Origin: Lama glama
Taxonomy: Eukaryota
Assembly: GCA_028534125.1 (NCBI GenBank)
Contig: CM052816.1
Coordinates: 79,672,001 to 79,736,000, forward strand
DNA: 64,000 nucleotides
Reading direction: 5' to 3'
Shown here: positions 49,230-62,392 of the stretch, piece by piece
How positions within the stretch are numbered: the stretch's first letter is position 1
Layout of the letters: each line of letters begins with the position of its first letter
Translations under genes and position numbers: made by a program
The notes under the pieces: generated by a model
Database searches by the model: none
Seen by the model: the letters and a program-made list of their open reading frames with translations, nothing else
What the model was told of the DNA's origin: nothing

Positions 49230-49620
49230 TGTATTAGTGTCTCAGGGCTTCTGTAACAAAGTGCCACAACTGAATGGCTTAAAATAACAAATTTATTTTC
49301 TCACACTTACGGAGAACAAAGGTTTCACCAGAGCCACATTCCCTCTGAGACTCTAGATAGACTCCTTCCGTGCCCCTTCCTGGCTCCCAGTGATGGCTAG
49401 CACGTCTTGGCATCCTCTGGCTTTCAACTGCATCACTTCCGTCTCTGTTCTGTTACCACACGTCCTTTTCCTTGTGTGTCTCTTCTCCGCTTCTTACCAA
49501 TGTGACCTCATCTTAACTAATTACATCTCCTGTGACCCTATTTCCAAATAAGGTCACATTCTGAGCTACTGGGGGATGGTAACATCTCTTATGGGGGGGA
49601 CACGATTCAATCAATGAAAC
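49230..49620 (-). mobile_element. MLT1A/B-like MaLR solo LTR
   Basis: tgtattagt...ctgtaacaaagtgccacaactgaatggcttaaa...gaccctatttccaaataaggtcacattctgag. Confidence 0.85.
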
Positions 49621-51751
49621 CACCCAAACCGATGACACTGTGAGGCTTCCACTTGCATTTACTGTTGTGGCTGGGCTCCTGACTTGACACATATCAGAGT
49701 GAAAAATCCAATTCCATCTGGAAAGTGATTTTTGGCAAGAAGGATTGAGAGAACAGCCCAAGCTCCGTGGCCAACGCCAGCCGCATGAGAAACACACGTC
49801 CCAACCTGCGTAACACACTCCACAGAACCCAAGTAGTGCTGCCAACGCAGTGATGGTAGAGGAGACGCAAGCTTGCAGTGGAAAGGGCCCCGAGGATTGA
49901 TGACCTGCCCCCTGCTGCTTGCCATGCTGTCTTGGCCCTTACCCCTCTCAGTGCTTCCTCCCTCTGCCTGAGCTCATCCTCTCTGCTTGGCTGGGAAACA
50001 ACAGCTGCTTTGAATCTAGCCATTTTGATTTGGTGGTGAGTGAGCTGTAAACCAAATCAAGCCAAACTGAGCAAATCCAGCCACTGTCACAAGCAAGTTA
50101 TCCAGTTATTGCCTTTTTTTTTTCTTTTTGCAGTGAGGGGAGGGGCAGTAAGGGCCTTATGTATCACGAGGCAAATATTAATCTGCCTGAAGAGTCAGCT
50201 TGACAAGGGGTAATCAGCAAACAGGTTGGTGCTCATCAGAGCTGCACAGACCGGTCATTGAGGATGTTCAGAGCCAGGAACGAACCTACCAGGCACCTTG
50301 GCCAAATCTAGCAAATTTTGTGCCTTCGCCCTCTGCCTTCTGAAGCAAGGGTCCAAACTTCGCCTGGCTTGTGGCATGCCCAAGGTAAGTCACTGGACTT
50401 CTTGGATTCTGGCCAGATTTCCTGGTGCCACAAGCTCTCTTTCTCTCTGTCTCTGTCTCTCTCTCTCTCTCCCCCTCTCTCTGTTGGTGAGTATCAGGTC
50501 TTCTAGGGGTGGAGAGACAGTGAAAGTGTGTTTCCAGAATCCAAACCCTCCCACCCTTCTGCTTGGTATTTGACCAGCTTTCTGAGGTAGGGTAAACTAC
50601 TCTGCCACTTACAGAGGATGGAAGGAGAAGGCAAGAGGAAAAAAAAAGAAGAAGAAGAAGAAAGGGGAAATATGTTTCAAAGAGGAAAGAAAACATTACC
50701 AGTGGGTAAAATGATCAGGACCTATCATGATACAATATAATGATCTCTGAATGATAGAGGAAGTGGATTTGGCCAAGATACTGGAATCTGTCCAGATTTC
50801 AGGACTTCCTCGTGTCTTAAAACCAGTTGAGCCCCGACTCCGCATTTGCCATGGTTAGTCCCTTGACCTTTGTGTAAGTCCTCCCTAACCTCCTTGGACC
50901 TGAGATGTGGAAGGCAGAGGAAGGGTTCTGTCAGACCGGCACAAATCCACATGGCCCATCTGCCGGCAGCTCCGCCAGGCACACGGGAAAGCTGAGTGGA
51001 GGACAGGATGCTCAAAATTTAGAAACTGGACTGGGAATTCAATCCATAGGGTAGGATTTTGCTGTTGCCTTAGTTGTTTGTACAGTAAATGGAACAAATC
51101 AAGAACACTAAGGCGAGAACTTTCTTCTCTTGATGCCTAAACGCCAATCATGATTTTTTGGATTTCTCTCAGTTGGCATCTCAGTTCCTATCCAGCTCCT
51201 GTAATATAAGCTGCGTACATTTCCACCACCACCATTCAAAAGGATGAGACGTTATGGGTTTTGTTTTTTTTTGTTTTTTTTTTGTTTTTTTTTGCTTCTT
51301 TCTTTCCCCACTGGATTCTATCTCTATGGCTTTGTATTGATTAACAATTGGTTCTGTTCCCTTTGCAATCTGGAGGCCCTGTTCTGGCTCAGCTCTGACT
51401 TGGAATACTGGATCCTCAGCAGCAAGGTTTTGGAAAGGAAGGAAAGAGAACACAGGGAAGGGGCAAAAGATGGAGGTAGATTTGAAGGTTCGGCCTGAAA
51501 GTTGTATTTAAATACAGGGCCAGTTATCTCTAGAACTCCGACTTCCCAGCTGTCAAATACTTGATGGACAGGTTAAAAGTGAGGACAAGACTAATTGTCA
51601 AGGCTCTTGGGGGGGAGGTGGACAGGATAACTGCTTTCATGTTCATCACTGTTTATTCAAAAAGAGTGTGGCTAATAATGAGTGTTGCTGAACATGAAAG
51701 GATATCTATTATCATTCTTTCAAGGAAGTAGGGGAACCAACACACTAACAT

Positions 51752-52140
51752 TTCTTTTAAACAGCTTCATTTTAATATCATTTACATACCATAAACTTTC
51801 CCTCTTTAAAGTATACAACTCAGTGGTTTTTAGTGTATTTCCAGACCATTTTACCACCCCAAGAAGGAACTTTACACATCGGCAGTCACTCCCCATTCCC
51901 CTAGCTCCCCTACCCCGAGCCCCTGGCAACCGAAAATCTATTTTCCATCTCTGTAGATTTGCTTTTTCTAGATAATTCGTATAAATGGAATCATATTTTG
52001 TGCAGTCTTTTGTGACTGGCTTCTTTCACTTAAGATGATGTTTTTGAGGTTTGTCCATGTTGTAGTATGTATCAGTACTTCATTTTCTTTTTATTGCTAA
52101 ATAAGATCTCATAAGGATATACCAAATTTTGTTTGATGGA
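51752..52140 (-). mobile_element. Old L1 (L1MB-like) 3' UTR
   Basis: acagcttcattttaatatcatttacataccataaa...tataaatggaatcatat...tttgtgactggcttctttcactta. Confidence 0.82.
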
Positions 52141-52809
52141 TAGATTTTATTTATTTTATTTTCATTAAAATATATTAGTATTTTAATACACTAGTATTTT
52201 AATGAACAGAGGAAATTTTGTCACAGTCTCTGCGATCTGAGTTAAACACCTTTTTAGCTGTAAGTATGAGCTCATAAAACCAATGCTGATCCTACTATCT
52301 TAGATTTCAGGGAATTTCATATCGATTGCAAAAATTATTTTTATTTTAATTTGTGGAGAGCGGATGTTTGCAGGATGACCTAATGATAATAATACAATAA
52401 GGTCATGATATTTATATTTGTGCTTCTCAATTATCTTAGTAGAATAGGTCTGTATTGAAGAGTGTTCACTCCTCCCTTCTAACAAAATAACTTCGGAATG
52501 TGTGAAATCTTTTTACTGACATGCACAGGAAATAGAGCACTTTCCTTTGTGTTCAGCCAGCAAATTAACAGCTGAGTTTGAGGCTCAGCTCCATGGCTGG
52601 GCTGCCAGGGGTCTACTGGTCACACTGGACCATTGTGTCAGTTTCTGTCTGTCTCTGCTTCTGGCTCAGGGAAGAATGAGGAAACATGGAAAAGTGGAGA
52701 GAGAGGGAACAAATACGGTTGCACAGGTCTGAGAAGTTGCTCTGGGATCCATATTCAGACAGTCCTTTCTCAATGTGGCAAAATGCTTGCTGCCCACTCT
52801 CCTTATGTG

Positions 52810-53150
52810 GTCAGACCGAGAGCTATGGAATCCTGTCGTGGTCATTTCACATCTCTGTGACATTGGGCAAGTATTTAACCTGTCTCTTATCCTCTCAGCA
52901 AAGCGAAGATAATAATTGTTTTTATTTCCCAGAGATGCATTGGGGATTCCCTTAATTTCTGGCACATAGCAAATGTGCAGTTGATGTTAACTGTTAATAT
53001 CATTAACATGTATTCATTACTTGCTAGTTCCTGGATACTGTACATTGAACTCTCACAACAATCCAAAAGTAGCTAAAGGTATTCCCACTTTACAGATGAA
53101 GAAACTGAGATTCCAGGAAGTTTTATGTCTTCCTCAAGGTCACGTGGCTA
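52810..53150. mobile_element. Two MIR fragments in opposite orientation
   Basis: tgtgacattgggcaagtatttaacctgtct (+) and cccactttacagatgaagaaactgag (-). Confidence 0.7.
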
Positions 53151-54824
53151 AAAAACGGCACAAGTCACTTTTATATACCTTTTGGTCCGGTTCAAGTTCT
53201 TCACCCATCCATTGAACCCAGGTGTCTATACGTAATGAACCATGCTAGCCAATGTGCTGCATACTGGGATACAGCTATGCTAACACACACAAATTTGTTT
53301 TAATAAAAATAAAAGTGTAATGCCATTGCCCCTTTGGAAAATGATGTTACCAAAACCCATGGAGAGAAAACAGAAGTAAGAGCCTGAGATGAAGCTGTTG
53401 GAACAAACATGGAGCTAAGGAACCTCAGAGTAAAGCAAACTGGCTAGATGCTAATCCTCCTGACTCTGGGGAGCCAGGCCCCAGGTTTATGGGAAATAAA
53501 AGAACACTGAACATGGCACTCTTCGTACTAAAGAAGGTGTGTTGCCTTATTTCCATCGGCTGGGGAATAAGTCTGTTGTGCCCATGTTGATACTTGAGTT
53601 CTCAGCTTAATGATTTAAGATGTTCCCATTACCATCACCATTCACCCACCAACAGCACTTTTCAATTAGCCTTGGGAACAAAAGAGTAAACAGAAGCATA
53701 ATTTATCATTCTGCCATGGTCAACTGCCTAAAAAAAGCATCAAGCCAATAACTAGACTGAAAAGCAGAAGTGTCAGCATTGACACATGCTAGTTATTTGT
53801 TGTAACACAAGGGTCATTAGCTGTGGTGCTCCAAGAGTCAGCGAGAAAACAGTTCAAGAGCCAGATGGCATTTAGATGGTCCCCAACTGGCTAGAGTAGC
53901 AGAAAAGCAAAAACAGATTTTCCTCCTAACATTCCCCTCTAAACAGCCTTCCTGATTACACAGTGTCAAATAGGAACGATTTTGGCTACTAATCCTAAAT
54001 AATCCTGAACTTTGGATACTAAATCCAGGAAATATTTATTCTCTCCTATTTCTAGGTAAGAAGATGTTCTCAGTTCAGATTACCACAATCATAACAATAT
54101 GCTATTTTAATTAAAAGAGTATGTTCTTTTCCCACTTATAGTATTAGTGGCTTCAGATGCATAAAGAACATTTTCGTAAACCCCTTCATGGGGATTTAAG
54201 CATCAGGACAAAGGTAGCATTCCAAAAATGTTCTTAACGTTGCAATCAATTGGGGATTATCTTTTAAGCCAATTTCTTGAGAATTCTGGATAAGGTCTTT
54301 TCAGCACTGAGAGTTTGTTTTTTATTGTCCTTTTAATGAGGAGTGTAACCCTAGCTTATAGATGCTACAAGCTTCATTGGGAAGGTGGATTTACACTCGT
54401 GGCCTCTGAACTAAGATAAGCAGAAAGCTCTTTCGTTCAGATCCACTGCTGGTGGCCACCTCATCCAACCCATGGCCGCCCCAGTCAAAGTGACCATTGG
54501 CTGGTTTATGCAGACTCACATTCATGCCGTGGCTACTCACCAGACTGGAACCCCCACCCTGCTTTTAAGTGATCCTGAGTTACTGCTATCAGGCTTGTAA
54601 AATCTAGCTCTAAACTCTACCCTTCCCTGCTAGTCAGTCAAGGAGATCTGGACTTTGGTTTTTGTTTGTTTGTTTGTTTGTTTGTTTTAAGTATTGCTAG
54701 TACTCTTTATTTACTTTACACTCATTCCCAAAAACAATTTGAAGTAGCCTGTTTTACATACGGCTCTGCTGTACTGTGACCTGGGGCACATTATAACAAT
54801 AATAAGACATCCAACCTTTCACAG

Positions 54825-55314
54825 TGTTTCACTTGTGAACAAAGAATACTGCAAACCATATCAGTAAACAAAGATTGCTGAAACCATCAAGTCATCAGCC
54901 ACTGTAGGGCCCCGCCCCAGTGAAGACAAGCCTGCAGCCCAGTCTCTGCAGCCACTCACAATGGTGCACCCTGAGGGGACTCAGAATAAGAAAGGACAGA
55001 ATATTGGCCCTAGATAGCTAGGTGCTTGTCAAAGGAATGAATTCAATGAACCCAAATGTTTGCCTCCTCCCTTGCATAGAAAAGCACTAAATTCTTTAAC
55101 TTGAGATGCCTGGTTTTCTTTAGATAACAAGTAATCTTTTATTGTTCCAACTGTCTGGTCTTTGTTGTAAAGCTCCTATATATTCTAGCTCCTCCCCTAC
55201 TTCTTTGGAGCAGTCCCTCAGAGTGATCTGAGAGGCTGTCATCCCGGCTCGAGTCCTCCAGCCAAATAAAACATAACTGTCAACTTTTAGGCTGCGCATT
55301 TATTTCAGTCAACA
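54825..55314 (+). mobile_element. ERV1-class solo LTR (cetartiodactyl-type)
   Basis: TG...CA ends, TATA-like cctatatatt (~55175), AATAAA (~55265) and 3' end aacttttaggctgcgcatttatttcagtcaaca; no clear TSD, 5' end uncertain by ~10 bp. Confidence 0.7.
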
Positions 55315-57677
55315 AATTCTTCCAAAGCCCTTCCATGTACCTTCTCTTGTTAAAGTGATTACCCTCAGAATCCCGATTGCCTGATATGCTTCTGATAAAG
55401 CTAGCAGATGGAAAACATCTCGGAAAATAAGAGTATGGGACAAATGCAAGGGTCACCTTGTTAATCTGTGGACTGGTAGGACTAGCATTTCAATATGTTG
55501 GTCCAACACAGTGGTGTTTGGTTTCAACTCTGGCCTCCAGAGAAGTTCCCATCTTGGCTATTTCTTAAGAATGGGAGGTCAGTAACACCAAGACCAGGAG
55601 GTTATGCTGCCAAGGAGTCATGCAAGGAACTTCTTAGAAAGAAATGAATTGAGGAATTTGTCCTGAATGTTAGTAGCTGGAAAAGTGTCTCAGATTTTCC
55701 CCACAGATGACTGCAGGAAGGTCTATACTCTGGAGTAGGGATTATAGACTACAGCTTGAATTGTAAGAGTCCAGTCTCCAGAATCATAGCATTTCAGAGT
55801 TGGAAGACTGGTCTTCCAGGCCTGATCCAAGTCACTAACCCCTTTAGGGTCTCATGTGGTCTCTGTCTGAGCATCTGCAGTGACGAGGAGCTGGCCTCCT
55901 ACCAAGGGGTCCATTTCATCGTTGGGGCATAATTTTCATTAAAAAGCTGTTTTTCCTCTTGAGTCCAGGGCTTTTACCCTATGACTTGACCCATTTATTG
56001 TGGTTCTGCTCAATGATGGACAAGTGGATTGTCCAGGGAGGCACTTCACTACCCTGTTGTTGAACTTGAACCTACCTCCATGTAATTTCCTCCAGTTAAA
56101 GAATTTCTCTTCTTGTGCCTTTGGATCCCTTCCTCAGCGATCATAGAGGCCCTAGATGGTTTCAGAGACAACACACAAAGCCCCACAGTGTTGGCACATC
56201 TTCCTGCTTGCAGCATCTCCTTGTCCTCTGTGTCTCCCAAATCTCTTCCTTTTCTTCTGATATCTGCACCCAGCTCTCTTACAATTCTTCTGGAAACTAA
56301 GCGTGAACTCACACACAGAAGGCAGCGAGTTCTTGTGAAAAGGGGAGAAGAACTTGGTTCAAGCCCTGACAAATTTCTCTAAAGCTTCATCATATTATTA
56401 TTTACCTGATCAGGGGTTGGGGGGAGTAGTATAATGATAGACTGTAAGTGGATGTTTATTATAAATTGCAATGTATATTATAATGCTACTGAATATTTGA
56501 ACATTAAATTCTAAAAGACCTCAAGCATCATGTAGTCCTAGCTCCTCGTTTTAGACTTGACATTAAACAGAGAAGGAAACTGACATGTCCAGGGACCACA
56601 GGAACAATTAGAGGCAGGACTAAAACAGACCTGATATTTTCCCACTCACAATCCCTGGCTTCCTGTACCGCCTCTCTGTTGAACAATGAAGGGAATCAGT
56701 GAAATCACCCATACACAGACCAGACCCTAAACGGTACCCAGCATGTGTTAGATGCTCCATCACTAGTGGCTGAAGAAATATGCCAGTAAATGACTGGTAC
56801 AATGACTAGTGCTTGTTTCTGATGACATGTTATGGTTGCCTCCAAATGTCACTTATATCTTTAATCATTTTTTAATTAAGTCTCTAATAAGGAGCTTGGT
56901 TCTCCAAATGTACTTGTGAAGATTAAAATGAGACAATGCATTAAGGTGCTTAAAAGCCGCGTCTGGCAGTCAATTAACGTTAACTAATTATTATCATTCT
57001 CTGTTTGTGTGCCATGTTTCTAAATAACAGTATGCTGATGCTGTAAGGACTCACTAAACTGAAAATCACTTTGCAGTCTACTAACAAGAGGAATTTTGGA
57101 ACTGCAGAAGTCTGACTGCTATTTGTCAGTTCCCATCCTATGCCTTTAACTAGGCCATCCATGCCCACCTCTGGTTGTTTGTACCAAAAAGACACAAACA
57201 AGGTCCTGAATTCTTTCACTTCCTCCTCTGGGCTTTTGTTTATTCAGCCCCTGACCTTCGGCTCTGTCTCCCACTCTAGTCAGCACTGGCCTATTGGACC
57301 TGACAGTCTGTTTGGCTTTGCGCTGTTTGAAGTTTCGCACTCTTGGTCCCTCTCCCAATCTCCATCTCCATCAAGGTTTTGGAATTTCCCTTTGGTTTCC
57401 CTCCACTCCCAGGCACCCTGGGAGCTTTACTCCTTCTGAATAAGCCCCATCCCCTTGACTCCAGTTGGTGTGTTTTCCTCTCCATATTATTGGGGGTCAG
57501 ACATTCTCCATGTTGTAGCATTTGTTATAAGTATGGATTTCTTGATCCCTGGGGCTGGGCATTAGAATTTAGACTTTTCCTATTTCTGTGTTTCAGGAAA
57601 GGGAAAAAATAGAACATAGCCAAGAGTTATTTTTTTCTTCTTTATTTTTGTGTCAACTGAACTGGCTTTTTCATCTC

Positions 57678-57975
57678 TATTTTTTTTCTTTTTTTTTTCT
57701 TTTTTTTCTTTTTTTCTTTTTGTTCTTTTTTCTCTTTTTTTTTCTTTTTTTTTCAGAACTTTTTTTTGGAAACTTCTTTTTTGAAGTAGAGTCGGTTTAC
57801 AATGTGCCAATTTCTGGTGTACAGCATGATGTTTCAGTCATACATACACATACATATATTCTTTTTCATATTCTTTTTCATTATAGGTTACTACAAATAT
57901 TGAATATAGTTCCCTGAGCTATACAGACAAAACTTGTTGTTTATCTGTCTTATATATAGTAGTTAGTGTCTGCAT
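57678..57975 (-). mobile_element. L1 3' end with ~100-bp interrupted poly(T) (antisense poly(A) tail)
   Basis: ttgaagtagagtcggtttacaatgtg...ttctggtgtacagcatgat; possible TSD ttttcatct at 57668-57676 and 57983-57991. Confidence 0.9.
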
Positions 57976-58369
57976 TCACCTCTTTTCATCTGTTGCCTTT
58001 GGTCTCCCAGTTTGATGATGCTCAGATTTGACCTGCCCTTAAAGACTCCTAAGTGCTTTATCAGGTTATTTTCCCTTCAAGGGCTCCCTGCACATATCTA
58101 CAGATGGCCGTAGGCATCTTATCAATTGCCAGAATGCTTGAAGCTTCCTTCTGAATCTCTGAGTGCATCTGATAATTTGACAAGACTAAAGACCAAACTT
58201 GAGCCAATGTCAGTAAATAAGAAAGAGCTTGGATAAACTCGTCAGTTGGGATAAACTTGTCAGTTCTGGTGTGGAAAGAAATATTGATTATCTTTTTAAT
58301 CTCTGTGTCTTGTGATGAATTACCACTTAATATCTTCTCCTTTGCCAGTGCTGTGTCTGCCCTCAACAT

Positions 58370-58760
58370 ATCCCACCAAGAATTAAGTTCCTTCAGAGCC
58401 TGAACTTGATCTGATTATGATCACAACTCAGTCCTCAGCATCTAAAACAGTGCTTAGCCAGTAGCAGACAACCAGTCGATGTTTGTTGAATATTGAATGA
58501 ATGAATGAATGAATGAGAAGCAGGATAGAGTTGTGGTTGGACCATAGCCTTTGACATCAAAGAGATCCCAGGTGACTTACTCGGTATGCCACTTTCCAGC
58601 TATGAGACTTCTCTGAATTTCAGTTTCTTCATCAATAAAATGAAGATGATGATAATATCCATCTCATAGATTTGGGGAGAATTAAATAAGATAATGCATG
58701 TAAAGTTCTTTGCACAGTAGCTGGCATGTTCTCAGAAGTTGATAAATGTTGACTATTATG
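58370..58760 (+). mobile_element. L2 3' end with (TGAA)n tail followed by MIR
   Basis: cagcatctaaaacagtgcttagc...tgttgaatattgaatgaatgaatgaatgaatga; tttcagtttcttcatcaataaaatgaagatgat. Confidence 0.75.
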
Positions 58761-59309
58761 TCTGTTCTTTTCAGTGAAAATCCTCAAGATTTGAGGCTTA
58801 TTTGAGTTAATTGAATGAATTTAATGCAACTAGTAGTGATAACTTCTAAAGACAAATTAGTTTAATTAATCTGTCAGCCAGATTTCACTCAAAGAGCCAA
58901 GTTGACAAAACATGTGTTGGTCACACCCACCATGTTTAATGCAGGGTAGCAGTCTTTCAGGAGTGGGCAGGATGCAAAGATGGGTATGACACAGTATCTT
59001 CCTTCCAGGAATATAAAATCTAGAAACTAACTACCTGCATAGTGCTGTGCAGAGTATATATATATTTGAGGTGTTGCTGTCTCCCACATCATCTGATTTA
59101 GCCTCCATGCTTTGCAGAGCATTAGTCTACAACACTTGGCTCCTCCTTTGAATACTTTCAGTGACAAGAAACCCCTCACCTCATGAATGAGCTCATCCTA
59201 TCCAGAACAGTCATCTCTTCGAAAGATCTGCTTCCCTATGATGTTTACACATTGATCTAACTTCTGCCTTCTGGATACATCCAGAATAAATCCATTTTCC
59301 CCTTTTTAA

Positions 59310-59524
59310 CAGAAGTCAGCAAAGGAAGGCCTGCAGGCCAAATCTAGCCCACCATTTACTTCGTAAATCAAGTTTTATTAGAACATAGTCAGGACTGTTC
59401 ATTCACACACTGTCTGTGACCACTTTTGCACGATAGCAGAGTAGTTGCAACAGAAATTGTATGGTCCACAGAGTCAAAATTATTTACTGTTTGGCCCTTA
59501 GAGAAAAAAATTGTTCAGCCTCTG
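59310..59524. mobile_element. MER58A-like hAT-Charlie MITE
   Basis: ggcctgcaggccaaatctagccc...gtaaatcaagttttattagaacatag...tatttactgtttggccctt; related to 38379-38604. Confidence 0.8.
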
Positions 59525-59897
59525 CCCTACATGACAGACCTTAAACACTTAAAGACAACTAACATATCTCCTCTTGAAGTAGGGAGCCCAAAAGTGAGCC
59601 CAGAACTGTAAGTGGGAGCTAATGGAGGCAGAATGAAATAGTACTATCACCTCCCTTATTCTGGAGATCATACTTCCAATTATGTGGCCAGAGAGCAGGT
59701 CAGGCTTCAACTGACACACAACACTGGAGTCAAAAAGGACTAAACCTCTGGCTTGTTTTTCCCAGAGGCTTCTGTTAAGTTATGCCTCCCCACCCTACAC
59801 TGGTGTAGCCTAGCGTCTGCAAAACTGTCTACAAAACTTTACATCTTTCTGGCCTGTCTAAAGCCATCAGAAAACAACTCAGCACGTAGTCGAAGGC

Positions 59898-60330
59898 TGT
59901 ATCAGTCAGGGCCAGACAGGAGAAAGGTGAACTACTCAGCTAGGATTTTTAAGAGAATGTAATGTTACAGTTTACGTACCTGTGGGCAGAGTTGAGGAAA
60001 CTAGCAAGGGAATTTGTCGCACTCTCTCTGCAGAAAGGGGAATGGGGAGGGAAGGGTTTACTGGCACCCAGTGATAGCTGGAGCCATGGAGAGAGGCTCC
60101 CCACTTGGAGCTGTGGCAGTGGAGACATAACCCCTGCCAGAACCCAGCTAGGAGGAAGGCAGAGAGATGGGGAAACAGATACCGTGATGGGCTCCTCTCC
60201 CATCCTCTGCCTACTGTGTGTGGGACCCAACCAGAAACTGGAGAAATTTGTGAGTCACAGGAGTCAGCCCCCAGGGCACAGAGCAGGACCGAGAGTAGGT
60301 GTGGGAGTTGGGGCAGAAAGTTCCAGGTGC
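59898..60330. mobile_element. ERVL-type LTR (LTR33-like)
   Basis: tgtatcagtcaggg start; acccaaccagaaactggag...gtcagcccccagggcacagagcagg; subfamily from recall. Confidence 0.5.
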
Positions 60331-61704
60331 TTTTTAAAAATTCTGAATGAATAAACAGATGAATGAATGAAGTGAGTGCAAGCCCTGGCACTCAGTCAAT
60401 GTTTGTTCACCTGCAGAAATGAGTGAAAGGACCACGATGTCCTTTATGCGCTTTTGCCCCAAAGCCCCGACCACTGCTGTTAGCTAGTTGTTCCAGAGTT
60501 TCCACCCTCAGCACAGCCCTCCTCCCGTGTGCCGCTCTCCCCAGCCTCTGCTGACCCCTCAGGGTTTCCCGCAAGGATGTAAAAAGAGTTGAGGTTTCAC
60601 TTGGGAGGTAATAGAGCAGAGCAGAAATTGTTCTAAACAGAGTTAAAACATGATCAAAAGAGAGGGCTTTTAGTCCTAAAATGATTCCCAGAATCTGAAA
60701 TACATTCTAGAATGTTTAGCATTTTAAAATGAAAAATTCAGCATCACAGGACCCTGTGAAGAAGAATTGGTGGCTTCTGAGAAAGCCCCGGGACAGTTGT
60801 GTTAGGAACTCTGGATTCACCAGACACCTCACTACCGCATGCCTTGGGGCTGGCCGCTTTATGCTCAGATGGCCCTTGTCACTTCACGCGCTTTTATTGC
60901 AAAGATGTCGGGGTCTCTGTTCATTATGCCAGTAGCCGTGATGTGGAGAAAGTGGGGTGTATGAGAGAGGTTCGGGGTGGCAGGAAGCCACGGTAGTAGT
61001 CCGCAGCTTCCCACCTGCCACTTCCTCCTCTGTGGGTTGAGTCAGTGTGGAGTATATTCAGCACTGGATTCCTCGAAGGATAATCCCCAGGATTCTGGAT
61101 TTTGAAGACATAGAAATAATTTGAAAATACTGTGTGGTCTGCTACTCTGGTTAGACTGTTTTTTCATGGAATGTGCAAGAGAAAATTGAGCACTAAATTA
61201 GGAATTGTTGCCTGTATATCAAAGCACATTTTAAAAAGTGACTGCAGACACATAGCCTAATTTCCTGAATTCGTGTATTCAGGAATTTCCTGTATTCAAG
61301 TCCTGAGATCATTTTTGTTCTAACTCAGATCCATACTCTTAGCAGTTGTCACCCCACGCCTCACAGACCCAGGCCAGTCAGTCCCCAGAGTTTAGAATGT
61401 TTTAGACAAGACCTAGAGCCAGATCTGTTGGAAGGAACCGGGTGGAAACCACAAGCCCTGATGGGCACAGCCCAGCAGATGTAAGCGCATACCTGGCAGT
61501 CCAGGTCCCGTCACAACCAAAAATTATTCACATTTCCAAAAGCAGTCTTCTGCCAGTGCTCAGATGAACCCATGAGATAGAATCAAACTCCAGCTTGCAG
61601 TTGGAGTGGCCAAATTCTCAAGTCAGCCGTGGCTATGACAGGATATGTCAGTAAATTTCATTCCAGGTCTCCAGGGCCAAATTCATAAAATCTAATCCCA
61701 ATTA

Positions 61705-61885
61705 AGATAACTGGCAACATTTGAGTAAGATCTTTAGATTACATAATAGTACTGTAACAGTAATTTTCTGATTTTAATCATCGCACTGTGGTTATGTAAG
61801 ACAATGCTCTCGTTCTTAGGGAGACACATTGAAATAATGAATGACGCAGAGGCATCATGATTTCTCAAATGATTCAGAGAAAAAT
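61705..61885 (+). mobile_element. Ancient L1 (L1MC/ME-like) 3' fragment
   Basis: aattttctgattttaatcatcgcactgtggttatgtaagacaatgctctcgttcttagg. Confidence 0.6.
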
Positions 61886-62392
61886 AATAATTTGTGGATA
61901 CAGAAAAGAAAAGGAATCATAAATCAAAGTTGCTATAAAACTAATTCAAAAAACAAAAACAAAACTAGCGCTGTCATATGCCTGTCACTGAAGCGCAGTA
62001 ATTTCAGTCATGCTGTTGCTGTGAAGTGAGTCAGAAAGAGCATCTCTTGTTTCATCATCATTGAGCTAAACCAAGTCATTTCCTCTTTCAGCTACAGAAC
62101 TCTTCTGTGCATGGAGATGAACACTAAGGATGCTTTCCACATGAACCTTGAAGGTAAGGGGAACTTGATGGCGAGCTCCCTTGCTTGTCACACCGCCCGT
62201 CTGTCCTGCTATCCGTTTCATCGAGGCACCGGCAAGGACTCAACTCTTTTGACTCATAGAGAGAATAAATCCAAACCAGTCAACATCCACTTTGTTGCAT
62301 TGTGCTATTCTCAGAGACCTTTTCTAGCTCCCCCGCCTGTCCTACCTAGAAAACCCTTCTCTGTTTTTCTCAAAGAAAAATACCAAAACTAT

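Noticed and set aside
57680..57782. Long T-rich tract and its poly-Lys/poly-Phe ORFs
   Set aside because: Expanded antisense L1 poly(A) tail
61262..61285. 9-bp inverted repeat ttcctgaat / attcaggaa
   Set aside because: Short and AT-rich; compatible with chance
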